A stretch of DNA of 64,000 nucleotides, taken from positions 12,092,001 through 12,156,000 of the forward strand of contig NC_058369.1 of NCBI RefSeq assembly GCF_018350175.1, read 5' to 3'. Source of the DNA: Felis catus (lineage: Eukaryota). Under the pieces are notes generated by a model. That model searched no databases and was not told the DNA's origin. It saw only the letters and a program-made list of their open reading frames with translations. Each line of letters begins with the position of its first letter. Position 1 is the first letter of the stretch. The position numbers and the translations under genes were made by a program. Positions 12,550-25,200 of this stretch are shown one piece after another.

Positions 12550-13095
12550 AACTGAGGTGAAGTTCACATGACATATAGTTAACCATTTTCAAGTGAGCAA
12601 ATCTGTGGCATTTAGGGCATTCACAGTATTATGCAACAACCACCTCCCTCTAATTCCAGAACGTTCTATCACCCCAAGAGGAAACCTGTCCCCATGAGCA
12701 GTTGCTCCCCGCCCCCTTGTCCGGCCCCTGGCAACTGCCAATCTGCCTTCTGCCTCTGCCCATTTACCTCTCCTGGACACCTCATGTCAATGGAATTATA
12801 TGGTGTTTGTGTCTTTGTGACTCACTCCTTTCGCTGTGCGAAATGTTCATCCTCACTGTGGCGCGTTTCATCGTTTCAGTCCTCGTTATGACTAATGTCC
12901 TACCGTGTGTTATGAGCTCATCCACTGAGGGGCACTTGGGTTCCTTCCACCTTTTGGCGACTGCGACTGGCATGGCTGTGAACACGGGTGGCAAGTATCT
13001 GTCTGAGTCCCCGCCTTCGGTTCTTTGGGGTCTATACTGGGGAGGGGGATTGCTGGCCATAAATACGGTAATTCACGTTTCATTTTTTGAGGGAT
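12550..13095 (-). mobile_element. L1MB-like 3' end
   Basis: aaccattttcaagtg...cattcacagtattatgcaac...ggcaactgccaatctg...cacttgggttccttccacctttt. Confidence 0.8.
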
Positions 13096-13324
13096 TTCAC
13101 TGTTTGTCGTTGTTGTTGTTATAAGGCTACAAGGCCATGGCACCTGGCCAAACTGGGCATACTGTGCCTGGAAATTTCTGGCAAGTTCTTTTGGATGAGC
13201 CCTTTCCTCTGCGCCAACCGGCCTCTCCCATCAGCCCCTGCTCCGCCCCAAGTGAGCACCGGCCCCTCCTCACAGTGACCCCAGCCCTACACGCCGCTTC
13301 GCATCCACATCACCACACGCTTTC

Positions 13325-13543
13325 TTTTTTAATTTTTTTTAATGTTTATTTATTGTTGAGAGAGAGAGAGACAGAACGTGAGCGGGGTGGGGCAGACAGA
13401 GGTGGGGGACACAGAAGCCGAAGCAGGCCCCAGGCTCGGAGCCGTCAGCACAGAGCCCAACGCGGGGCTCGAACTCACGAACCGGGAGATCCTGACCTGA
13501 GCCGAAGTCCGACCCTTAACCCACTGAGCCGCCCAGGCGCCCC
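13325..13543 (-). mobile_element. Can-SINE (SINEC_Fc-like)
   Basis: Full-length antisense copy. Confidence 0.93.
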
Positions 13544-15984
13544 GTGTATATGCACTTTTGGATCGTGATAAAACGAAGCGGCAAAACGTGCCAAACACGC
13601 AGATCTTGTGTGAAGCCTGATGCACGTTTACCTCCGTGTGTTCAGGTGCACACATAACACCCCTCCCTCCGCTCCCCTGCCCCCGGCCCGCCCCGCAGGC
13701 TCCCTCATGCGGCCGCCCAGAGGGAACCACGGGGCTCTCGCTGGCGCCCTTGCTTCATCTACCCGTTCTCGAATTCAGGCAAACAGAACCCCGGGGATCT
13801 ACCTCTGCTCGGCTCCTTTAACGGTCACCCACGTCCTCCCCTCTTCCCGGCTGCATACTATTCCGCGGTGTGGCCGATGCAGCTTGTCGGCCCGGTTCCC
13901 CGGCGGACGCGCGCTGGGATGGAGTCCAGAGCTATTAGGAAAAACCTGCTCCTGGCGCGTCTTGTGGCTGCTGCGTGTTTCTTCTCCCGCGGGTAGGATG
14001 TCTGGGTTCGAGGGGAGGGGAGATCTAGGTTCGGCTTCAGTAGACACGGTGCAACAGCCTTCCGGGGTGGCTCGACCACTCTGCCTCCCACGGCAGCGAG
14101 GGAGCACTCCGTGGGCTCCGTATCCTCACCAGCGCTTAGTGTTACCGGACGTTTTCATTGCAGCCCGGCTGGGGGTGCTGTGGTTCCCGCGTGTTCTAAC
14201 CCCACTGCGGTCTGGAGCGCCCACCCACAGTCAGGCTCCGGGGGGCGGGGCGGGGGGGCGGATCCAGTGGGGTGCTGGCCACACCCCCTTTGTGGAGCTG
14301 CCCCCTCCGCCCTTGGCTTCTGGGCTACCTTCTCCCCCTGTGTTTTTCCCCCCACGGTTCTGTCTCCACCGCTCAGACGGATCCTGAAGCCAGGTGGTCT
14401 TGAGGTCGTTCGGCATCCCAGGAAAGACCGCGGTGATGTTCCTGCTCGCTCCGCCTCCTAAGTCTCACCTCTGCACCCACCTCCTGCTTCTCGCCTCCCC
14501 CCCGCCCCCCGTCCCCCACACCTCACCCAGCCTAAGCCACTGCACTGGATGAGCCCAGTCCCTGGCGGTCCCCACCCCACGGATGACACTTGCCCTTGAG
14601 TCCAGCGCATCAAAGGGATGCTTCTTAGACCATGAGGTGCCCGGCTCATGGGGTTTCACCAACTCCCCAGAATGTGTCCCCCCCACCAGGCCCAGACCCA
14701 CAGCAGAGGCCTCACCCTGTTCGGCTCCTCTGCCCTCTCCAGCCCCTCCCCCACCCCCATTCATTCAGCTATTTATTGAGCACCTGCTCTGTACCAGGCC
14801 TTGTTCGCAATGCAAGGAGGCAAATAGCCAGAAAAACCCCTCCTCTGGGGGGCAGTGGGGTGTGGGGGACAGATATCTCTGTGCTCGTGGCACATGGGGG
14901 GCTGGGTGGGGACAAGGAGGCCCCGGCCCTGGCACGGGGCCAGAAGATGTTTCAGAGAACTCTCCGTGGAGCCGGCGACTTGGGACGGGGGACAGAGAGA
15001 CTTGGAGCCAGCGGTGGGAGCCGCAGAGGGTTTTAGGTTTCCACATCTTCCCCTGGCAGCTGATGGGAGAGGAGAGCTCAGGCAGGAGGGAAGTTGGGGG
15101 GCCCGGGGGGGGGGGGTGAGAGAGAGAAGAGGTCAGGGTTGGGGTGTGGCCGAGAGCCCAGAAGGCCTGGGGACAGTGGGGCTGTAGGGCAGGGAGGCGC
15201 CTCCCACACCCTCTGGGTGGCAAACACATCCGACCAGGGGATTCAGTTCCTCAAAATTGCCACATACGCACGTGGACACAAGGGGACAGAAACACGCGCA
15301 CGTACGGCACAGGCCCACGACACACAGACACAAACGTAACAGAGACGCGAACACAACGCACAGACACACGCTCGCTTTCACAACTGGCCTTTGAAAGGAC
15401 AATCTTTTCTGCCTCGCCCGCTTCTCCCCGCAGGGCCCCTTCCTCCCCACTCTGGACCGGGCCAGGTTCAAGAGTCGCCGTCGGTCACGTGGCCCTCTGG
15501 GTCCTGCAGCCTCTGCCCGGTCCTGGCGGCCTGAATGCATATCCCGCTCTGTCCCCACACTGGGGTCTCCTCGGGCCACACGGCAGGTGCAGGCGGGTGA
15601 GTCAACAGTGCCTCTTGAGCGAGGGGGTCTTGGTCTCCTAAGTGTCCCTTCCCTTGCTGCTGTCTACTCTCCCACCCTCAAAGCGGGGCTCCCCACTCCC
15701 CAACCCCTCACCCCAGCCTAGGCTCGCCCCTGGACACTCCAGCTCCAGAGGCTCAGGGGTTGGCCAGATGAAGGGCTGGGTGGCGGGGCGGGGGTTGGGG
15801 GTGGGGGACAGCGGTAGAGCTGGGACCTACCCGGGAGATCATCGAGGGCTGCCTGGAGGAAGAGGCATCAGTAGTAGGTCCTGCAGGTCGAGCTGGAGCT
15901 TGGGGGAAATCCTTTAGCGCAGCTGAGCCCACGGCAGCTCCAACAGGGAAGGATCGTCAGGCTGTTTGCCTTTTTGTTGGTTTG

Positions 15985-16400
15985 TTTGTTTCTAATTGTG
16001 GCAAATCACACAGCATGCGATTCACCACCTTTAAGCGCACAGTTCGGCGGCACGAAGCGCACGCACGTGGTCGTGCAGCCGTCACCACCGTCCATCTCTA
16101 GAACCTGCTCATCCTCCTAAGCCGAACCTCTGTGCCTGTTAAACACTAGCACCACCACCCCGTTCCCCTCCCCCGCCCCTGGCGCCCACCATCAGCGGTC
16201 TCTGTGACTCCGATGACTCCGGGGACGTCCAACACGTGACATCGCACAGCATCCGTCCCCTGGATCCCTCCACGTGGCGCCCTCTGTCAGAACGCCCGTC
16301 CTCTTGAAGGCTGCGTCATGTCCCATCGCACGTGTGTGCCACATCTTGTTCACCCATCCACCGGCTGCAATCCTATTTTTAATTTTTGAGGAAGTGCCCT
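15985..16400 (-). mobile_element. L1MB-like 3' end, unusually CpG-rich
   Basis: Same phrase order as the copies at 12.55, 17.5 and 37.7 kb. Confidence 0.75.
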
Positions 16401-17139
16401 GCTGTTGGTTATTTGCTTTCAAACCAGTGTTTCCCATCGACGATGCAAACAGCCCTCTCCGTCCCCACCTCGGTCTGGAAGGTGGGGTTCCCCTCTGCTG
16501 AGCCCCTCCTCGGTCGTTTCATTCATGCCTCAGAGCTACAGCCCATTTCACAGCCCATTTCACAGAAGAAACCTGAGGTCAGAGAGCAGAAGACAAGCCC
16601 AGGGTCACTCGGCCGGGAGTGGGACCAGCGCCTCCCCACCCCCCACCCCCCAGACCCACAGCCGGGGAGCTCCCTCTCCAGGTCAAAGCCCTGGACACCC
16701 CAGCCCCTTGGCAGTTCCTGCACAGCCCGGCCCCCGCGCGGCCTGCGTTCAGACGCTGAGAGAACTTCCCGTGCCGCTCCGGACTCTGGTCCCTTCCAAG
16801 AGAAACGGGTTGCACCTGGCAATGCATCCCAGCAGGAGCCTGGCCACGTGAGGGTGTGTGTGTGTGTGTGTGTAGCCATGTGGTTACGCTGCAGTCCCCA
16901 CCGCACCACCGCTTGGGAAGGGAGGAGCCGCGGGTTCCAGACCCAGGGCAGGGGGCCGGGAGGGCACGAAGCCAGTGGTGCTGGAACCAGCCGGACCTGA
17001 GTGCGACATGGGCATTTGAGCCTCAGTCCATTATTTGGGAAATGGGTTCACCACTGCCCTTGCCTCTCAGGGAAGCCTCTGTGTGGGGACTTGGGGGACG
17101 TTGCAGGAGGAGCCCCAGCAGGCATGAAATGAACCATTT

Positions 17140-17520
17140 TTCTTTTCTTTTATTTTAATGTTTTATTTATTTTTGAGAGAGAGAGCAGGGGAGGGGCAGA
17201 GAGAGAGAGGGAGATACAGAATCCAAAGCAGGCTCCAGGCTTCGAGCTGTCCGCGCAGAGCCCGACGTGGGGCTCAGACTCATGAACCACGAGATCATGA
17301 CCTGTGCCGAAGTCGGATGCTTACCCAACTGAGCCACCCAGGCGCCCCTGTCTTATTTTTACTGTTTATTTTTGAAAGAGAGAGAGAGCACGAACGGGGG
17401 AGGGCAGAGAGAGGGAGACAGAGGGTCCGAAGCGGGCTCTGTGCTGACAGCAGAGAGTCCGATGTGGGCCTGGAACTCACAAAGGTGAGGTCGTGACCTG
17501 AGCCACCCAGGCCCGCCCCC
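17140..17520 (-). mobile_element. Two tandem antisense Can-SINEs (~17140-17348, ~17353-17520)
   Basis: Two T-tail/(GA)n/body units, each ending in gagccacccagg. Confidence 0.9.
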
Positions 17521-17524
17521 CCGA

Positions 17525-17990
17525 GATGAGCCATTTTAAAGCACACAATGCAGTGGCATTTTGTGCCTTCACGAAGTTGTGCAGCCACCACTGACATCTA
17601 GTTCTGGAACATTTCCCTCATCCTAAAAGGAAACGCTGTGCCCGTTAGGCAGTCACTCCCCATCACCCTCCCCCACCCACTCCAGCCCCACGGCCACCAC
17701 CAGTCGGCTTGCTCCAAGGATTTGCCTCTTCTGGACATTTCATATAAACGGGACCACGCTCTCTGTGGCCTTTTGCCTCTGGTTTCTTTTAGCTCCACGA
17801 TGTTTTCGAGGTTCATGCACGCCGTAGCCCGTGTCAGGGCTTTGTCCTTTTTTCTGTCTGAGTACTATTCTATTGTACAGATGGACGGCGTTTTGTGTAT
17901 CCATTCAGTGGACACTTGGGCTCTTTCCACGTTTCGGCTGCTGTGAATATTCACGTATGTGTATTTCAGTCCTTCGGACACACGTTTTTG
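17525..17990 (-). mobile_element. L1MB-like 3' end
   Basis: ccattttaaagcacacaatgcagtggc...ggatttgcctcttctggacatttcatataaa...ggacacttggg. Confidence 0.8.
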
Positions 17991-19372
17991 CGTCCTCCGA
18001 CCAGGAAGGAGACCAAGCGGCTCGGGCCCACGGAGGCAGCGCTGATTTATGGAACAAAGGTCGACATTTTGCTCATGTCTCTTGAAAAACATTAAAGAGG
18101 AGACCCAAACGAAAGTCCCCCTCACCTCTTTTCCCCGCTGATCCTTCCTGCGTTGTGCACAAAAGCCCCAAACCGGAGCCAGTGAGGGAAGGATGGGGTG
18201 AGCGAGTGGGGGCTGGGTCTTCTGGGGCGAACGGTCTTGGGGTGCTGGCACCTTGGGGCACCTTGGCCTCTCTGGAGGCAGCGAGGGTATGGATAACCTC
18301 CCTGAAGCCACACGGCAAGACAGAGGCAGGGCCAGAGACGCGCTCACGGACCCCAGCCGGCACCTGGGCAAAGCCCCTCGCCTCCCTGTGGCTCCGGTCA
18401 GACCCCCAGCCCCTGCCATCAGGACCTCGGGGACCTTTCCAGCACCACAGCGTTGCTGATGGGACAGAGGTGAATCAGTGTGAATGAAGAGAGTACCGTT
18501 TAATTTCCGCAAATCGGTTTATAAAGCAGTGTGGGGGCAGTGAATCAGCAGGACACAGACGGGCAAGAAAATGTGTCACACACCAAGTTAAGCATGTTGA
18601 GTTATTAACGTGGGCCACTGTAAGCCACAATAAAACCAATTTTGAAATCTAAACAATTCCTGAGGTCCCAGGGTCCCCCCTGACAGGGGACGTGTTCCTC
18701 CCCCCCCCGAGGAGCTCAGGTCTTGAGCAGAAAGAGTGGGGTTTCAGAAACGCAGCATCATTTCCTCTCTGAATCTCAGTCTCTGTGAAACGGGGAGTGT
18801 GGCCCTTTGCAAGCATTTGCTCATTTGCACTGTTCCCTTAGCCTGGCCATCCCTTCCACAAGTTCTGTCCTGTGAGCTCCTACACATCCTTTAAACCCCA
18901 GCTGTGACGCCCCCCCCACCTCCTCCAGGGAGTCAACCCAGATAGACACCCGGTTCCCTCCAGCCGAGCCTTGATGTGGTGAGGCTGGGGGGTGGGGGGG
19001 CACTGGGCCGAGCTCTGTCTTCTTCAGACCTGGGGATCCTTGAGGGGCTAGGCTGAGGGGCCCAGGGTGGGAAGTGTTAAAAAGAAACTGTAGACACCAC
19101 CACCCCCACTTGATGGATGAGAGTAATTTTGACAGGGGTCCAACTCCCCAGGGTCACGCAGCCTTTTAGGCCCAGATTCCATTCTGGAGCAGTTGGACTC
19201 CAAGTCCAGTGCTCCTTCCCAAAGCTTGCGTTTTGGCTGAGTAACTCACCACCTGCCAGGGGCTGCTTGCTCTGACCTCCTCCTGGGTCCCTGCAGCCCC
19301 TGTTTGGGCCAGAACAGCCTGTCCCCTGTGTGTGTGTTGGGGGGGCTGTCCTCCCAGTGGCCCTGGGGTCAG

Positions 19373-19503
19373 AGATAAGGCCACTGGGCCCAGCTATCGG
19401 CAGGAAACATCTTGGCAGGACAGGAAGCCACGGCATTGGCCAGCCGCACCCTCGCGGGCCTCGGCCTATCCGCAGCCAGATATTTTGGGAGCCACTATAT
19501 AAA
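19373..19503 (+). promoter_or_regulatory. Candidate promoter/enhancer: GATA, 2x ETS, reverse CCAAT, TATA
   Basis: AGATAA 19373, CAGGAAA 19401, CAGGAAG 19421, ATTGG 19435, TATATAAA 19496-19503, all in unique sequence. Motif evidence only. Confidence 0.4.
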
Positions 19504-22095
19504 CCCCGACTCAGCTCCAGGCTGTTCCCGGGGGGGAAGCCTGAGGCTTCACGTTCCTCGGCGGCCCCTGTCACTTGTGTGGCTGCTGGGACACAGGCAC
19601 CTGGAGCCCAGAGCAGCCGGGACAGATGCCACCGTCCTGGGCCTAAAAGCCCCCTGTTCCACCCTGCTGCAGCCACTTGCTTGCCGAGAGACCCTGGGCA
19701 AGCGCTTTCGCCTCTCCGTGCCTCAGTTTCCCCTCTTCACCGCCTTCCCTGGGTCCTGTCCCAAGACACGCAGACGCTTCTGGGCCTGCTTCGGCACCTG
19801 CTGACACCGACCTGGCAGGGCCCAAGGATCTGCATTTTAAGCTGGCCTCACACTGAGATCCTTGCACAAGCGCAAGCTTCTCAAACTCAAGGACATACAA
19901 CCGGTCCTGCCCCTCCCCGCCCCCAGGCCTCTCCTCACTTTCTCCGGCCCAAAAAAGCCCCTGGACAAGCACCCATCCAGACCCTGCAGAGCGCTAGATC
20001 AGAGAGACAACATGAGGACGATGTGGCTGCAGCTAACTTCATTTTACAGAGGAGAGAAACGAGGCCCAGAGAGGGGAAGAGACTTGCCTGCGGCCACACA
20101 GCAGGCCGGAGGCAGGGCCGCACCAGGGTGCAGGCCTAGGGTCTCCTCCTGCACCCCGGGCACCTCCCAGGAGGCTCAGGTGGGGCACGTGCAGCTCCCA
20201 GGCCAACCGGTGGCAGGGTTGGGATCCAAACCCGGGTCTACCTGCTGCTTCCCACCCCCACCCCCGGCTGGCACAGAACGGGGCCATCCCAGGCCCAGTT
20301 GCTACGGCTGGGGGGCTGACTGACACGCACAGTTCACCCAGGACAGTAAAAGTGAAACGCAGAAGTGAAATAAAAATACTCAGAGAGCTCAGTGGGGCTC
20401 AGAGTCGGCTCCTGCTCTCAGACCTTGAGCCTTTTCCTGGGGAGAGGTGGGGGGCGGGCCGGCGAGCCAGGCGGGGGAGACCAAGCGTGGCTATGTAAAT
20501 GGCCGGCCCAGCACCTGCGGGCCAGCAGCCAGTGCGAGTGGCGGAGCATGGCCAGCCGTCCCCGCCCCGGGCAGCTGCAGCCGGCGAGAGGGAACTGCCG
20601 TGCCAGATATAACCTGACCTGAACTCCACCCAAAGCCCGAGCTCCACGCCAGGCCTGCGCTTGGGAAGCTGCTTTTGGCCAGAGGACCTGGGCAAGCCGC
20701 GGTCCGGTTCTGGGTTTCCATCTGCCCCCCAGGAAGGTCTCGGGTGCGGGGCCCCACGCCCTCTAAGTGCTCCGTGCCTGCCTTCCTGATGGGGGGCCCG
20801 GTGGGGGAGCAGGAGGCAAAGCGACCCTGTCCTGGTCAGCCTGGGCTCTGAGCTCCTGCTCAGCTTGTGGCCAAGGGGGCACTGGGCTCGCATCTCTCCC
20901 CTGACAGGATGCTCACTACCGTTCAAAGCAGCCTGCGCTGGAGCCCAGAGACTGGCTGCTGAGAGTTGGTGGCTCCCTCAGAGTGGACCCGCACCCCACC
21001 CTGCTCTGCCGTGGAGCCACCTGGAGCAGGTGACATGACCTGGGTCTGTCCTTGTCTAGATTAAACACCCCCTCTCCCCGGGCATCACTCAGAAGTGCAC
21101 ACACACGTGCACACACACGCGCACCACGGTGGCTGATGGTCTTCCCTGAACCCCCCCCGCCACGTGCCTACCCCCTTTCAAACTGGCAGGGGCAGCTTCC
21201 TGCCTGCTCTGACCAGCCCAGAATGAGGAAGGAAATCACCTCCCTCATTCTGGCGTCTGTCCTCTATTAATGCGACCCATAAATCCAGCAGCTCATTGAG
21301 CCGCGACGTCAGAGGCGGAGGGCCCCTCACGGAATCACGAATCATCAGTTCAAAAGGGAGCTTTGTCGGGAGAGGGTGAGGCTGGGAATGTTGTTTCTTG
21401 AACTAGGTGGTGGTTACAGGGTTGTGTTGTTCTGTGAGAATTGATCAAGCTGTACCAGTGGGGTTAGGCACTTTTATGTCCATATGTCACTTTTGGGTAA
21501 AACGGCTAAAGAGAAGGGAAGGGAAGAAGGCAGTTTGGCGACAGGCTGGGACCGGTGGGCGAGGAGGCAATCCGTAGATTAGTGTGGGGCATGGGTGGAC
21601 GCGGGAAGGGTATCCCAGGCGACAGTCATAGCAGGTGCAAAGACCTGGGGTCCTGAGGCAGCCGGATGTGTTTAGGGACCCGGCAAGGGCGCACGTGGCC
21701 CAGGTGGAGGGCAAGTGCTGGCCATGTAGAGCCTCAAAAGCCACAGCCAAGCATGGGGACATTACCGTGCGGCCCGGGCAATGCCACCAAGAGATTTAAG
21801 TGGAGGCTGATGGGGTGGACGCATGTAAAGGCCATCAGGGCCACAAACAGGAGCAAGTGAGGGGTGCTCAGCCCCTTTGCCATAGGGGGAAACTGAGGCC
21901 CAACAGCTTGGCTACATGTCCGGGAGCCTGCCCGGGCTCTCCCAGGGGCCCTTTCTTTCTGGTCCCCTGTCGCCATGCGGCTGGAGGGTAGAAAGTGCCC
22001 AGAGAGCAGCCAGGCACCGTGGGTTTGAGTCCCGATCTGAGCTCACTGGCCTCAGTGTCCTCCTCTGTGAAATGGGAGCCCGGGAGGCCATCTCC

Positions 22096-22114
22096 CCCCC
22101 TGCAGGGGGCGCTC
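22096..22114 (+). promoter_or_regulatory. Candidate CTCF site
   Basis: CCCCCTGCAGGGGGCGCTC fits the CTCF core consensus at the high-information positions. Confidence 0.55.
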
Positions 22115-23329
22115 AACAGGCAGTGAGTTCGCGGGCCAGAGGGCGCCTGGCCAGCCCATGGGGCATCTCACAGCCGGGCACCTCAGGGGTGGCTTTTCGG
22201 AGAAGCCTGAAGCTGAGGAGGAACCCCTTGGCCCGTGTGGTGGCCTCTCTTAACCTGCACCCAGAGATTCTGCAGAGAGGGTGGGAGGTGGGAGTTTTAA
22301 AAAGAAACGTCCCAGTGATGCAAATTCAGGCCTACGGGGATAAAACCGAAGCAGAAAAGAGAACCCTGAGGAAGAGACGTTGTGTCAGGGGATACCCTCC
22401 TCGTGCAGAGCAGGGGCCCGCTTGCCACCAAGCCCTGCCTCCCTCTCCACCTGGCCCCTCACTGCGGCTCTGGGACCCCGCCGCCATCCCCCCACTCTGC
22501 TGTCTGGAGTCACCTTGCTCCTTGGCTCCGCCTGTCCCCTGGCCATTGGCCATCAATCATCGGGAGGGTGAGACCTCCTTGGCTGGTTCCCCATCGAATT
22601 TCCGGCTCCCGGGCCTGGACCCTGGCACCCGGAGGTGCTCAGTAAATATTTGTTGCCTAAATACATGGTGGTAGGTCAGCGCCCTGTCTTATCTCAAGGT
22701 GGGGGGAGGCTTTATCGGCCTGGGCTCAGCATCATGGCAGCTGAGCCCAGCCTGGCCTCAAAAGTCTGGCCACCACCCTTCCAGGGGTCCCAGTGTCCTC
22801 AGCTAAATGACGAGTCTGGGGTGACACATCTTCTAGGGGTCCCAGGGGATAACCCACGGCACGCAGAGAGCTAGGGACACAGGAAGTGCTCCATAAATGG
22901 CCATCGGCATCCCCCCTCCGGGCCCACCTCCCATCCCCGCCGACCTTGGGATGACCACTCCGGGGAAAAAGAGGGCAGAGCCAACTATGAGGACATCGGG
23001 GGGCTGGCAGGCTCCCCCGCCTCGGGCTCTTTCTAAGAAGCCAGTGGTGATAACATTCCCCCAAAACAGGAACCAGCGGGTTGGGCCCAGTGTTGCAGAA
23101 ACCTCTAGCAAGCCTGACCCCCATGCACAGCCTGACCCCACAGCCGGCTTCAGGGCCCGCTGGGCACAGCTTGGAAAGATTTTTATGTAAAAGTGGCCAA
23201 TGCAAATCCAGGGGCCCAGCGACCTCGAAAGGCCCCACTTCCCCCTTTACCTAACCTTAGCCTGGGAGGCGGCCACCGGGGCGTAGTGGGGGGGGGGGGA
23301 AGGCTGGTGGACACCCAGCCTGAACCAAG

Positions 23330-23600
23330 ACCCCGTCCCCAAAAGCAGTCTCTCCCCACCTCTCTCCCCCTCCCCCAGCCCCTGGCAGCCACCTCTTGTC
23401 TCTACGGACTTGCCTGTTCTGGACTTTTCATATCAATGAGATCAGACAACCTGTGACCTTTTGTGTCTGGCTTCTTTGGCTCAGCACCATGTTTTTAAGG
23501 TTCATCCACATTGTAGCTTGAACTGGCCCTTTGTTCCTTTTTATGGCTGAGTAATATTCCCTTGTGCAGCTAGACCACATGTTGTTTATCCATCCATCCA
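23330..23600 (-). mobile_element. L1MB-like 3' end
   Basis: cccagcccctggcagccacc...ttttatggctgagtaatattcc. Confidence 0.8.
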
Positions 23601-23607
23601 TCCATCC

Positions 23608-24285
23608 TTTTTTTTTTTTTTTTTTAAATTAATGTGTGGGGCGCCCAGGTGGCTCAGTCGGTTAAGCGTCTGACTTCGGCTCAGGTCATGATCTCACGGT
23701 TTGTGAGTTCGAGCCCTGTGTCGGGCTCTGTGCTGACAGCTTGGAGCCTGGAGCCTGCTTCGGATTCTGTGTCTCCCTCTCTCTCTGCCCTTACCCTGCT
23801 CATGGTCTGTCTCTCTCTCTCTCTCTCAAAAATAAATAAACACTAAAAAAAATTAATGTTTATTTTTGGGGGAAAGAGAGAGAGCATGCGTGAGCACGTG
23901 GGGGAGGGGCAGAGAGAGAGGGGGACAGAGGATCCAAAGCGGGCTCTGCGTTGACAGCAGAAAGCCTGATGCAGAGCTTGAGCCTACAAACCGTGAGATC
24001 GTGACCTGAGCTAAAGAGGGACGCTTAACTGACTCAGCCACCCAGGCGCCCCATCAATCCTTTTTTTTTAAATTTTTTTTAACGTTTATTTATTATTGAG
24101 AGACAGAGAAAGACAGAGTGTGAGCAGGGGAGGGGCAGAGAGAGAGGGAGACACAGAATCTGAGGCAGGCTCCATGCTCTGAGCTGTCAGCACAGAGCCC
24201 GATGCGGGGCTCGAACTCACGAACGGTGAGATCATGACCTGAGCCGAAGTCAGACGCTTAACCAGTTGAGCCACCCAGGTGCCCC
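23608..24285. mobile_element. Cluster of three Can-SINEs: + copy 23638-23852 nested in the tail of a - copy (23608-24052), then a - copy 24061-24285
   Basis: TSD aaattaatgt at 23626-23635 and 23850-23859; heads at 23638 (+), 24052 (-) and 24285 (-). Confidence 0.92.
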
Positions 24286-24719
24286 TGAAATCCGTATTTT
24301 AAAAACAGCTGAGCAATGGAATGCAATGCGGGATCTTGGAACAGAAAAACAACACCAGCAGAGAAGCTGGTGACGTTCAAATAAAGTCTGACATTTCATT
24401 CACTGGCAGCGTAAATGCCCCAGTATCCGTTGCTTCGGTTTGGCAAAGGTACCGTGATTTATGTGGGACACCAACGGGGAAAGTTGAAGGGAGCACTCAG
24501 TGCTCCCCCTGTACTGCCCGTGTGACCTTTCTGGAAGCCTGGAATTATTCCAAAATAAAAACTTTAAAGAGTGAGCTGGACACGAACACACAGCAACACC
24601 CAAAATCCCACTGGGGGAGCAGAAAAACAAAATGTCAGAATACGAGATTCCGGCGACCCCCTGCTGGCCTCCCCCAACCCCATTGGCTGCCTCCCCTCCC
24701 CACACCTCTGCTGGACTTT

Positions 24720-25200
24720 ATGCATCCGTTCACAACTATTTCCTCTGCAGCTGCAGTGGCCCAGCTTGGGGACAGAGCAAGACAGACAGGATCCCTGATA
24801 TTGGGGAGAGAAACAGTAGATGTACAAACATGCAAATTACATCAGGTAAAATGGAAAAATGCTACAGAAAAATGAATCAGGATAAGGAGGTGGGTGGAAC
24901 TCGGAGGGTTACTTGAGCCAGGAAGGCTAAAGCCAGAAGGGCCATTTTAGCCAGAAGGGCCTCCTTTGTCGGAGCTCAGACCTGCAGGAGGTGAGGGAAT
25001 GAGCCAATGGAACAGCATTCTCAGCAGCGGGAACAGCCAGTGCAAAGGCCCTGAGGCAGGGCTGTGCCTAGTGTGGTCGTGGAACAAGAGGGAGGCTGGA
25101 GTGCTGGGAGTGGAAGAAGATAGAGTCTCCTCCAGAGTAGCCAGGCCCGGACCACAGCACCTCGTGGGTCTCAGCAAGGAGTTTGGATCTTATCCCAAAT
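24720..25200 (-). mobile_element. LINE-2 relic
   Basis: gggaacagccagtgcaaaggccctgaggcagg...ggaggctggagtgctgg...aaggagtttggatcttatc. Confidence 0.7.

Noticed and set aside
16373..16382. Further perfect MEF2 words (16373; also SINE tails near 1093 and 57653)
   Set aside because: They lie inside L1M or SINE A/T-rich sequence where such words arise by default.
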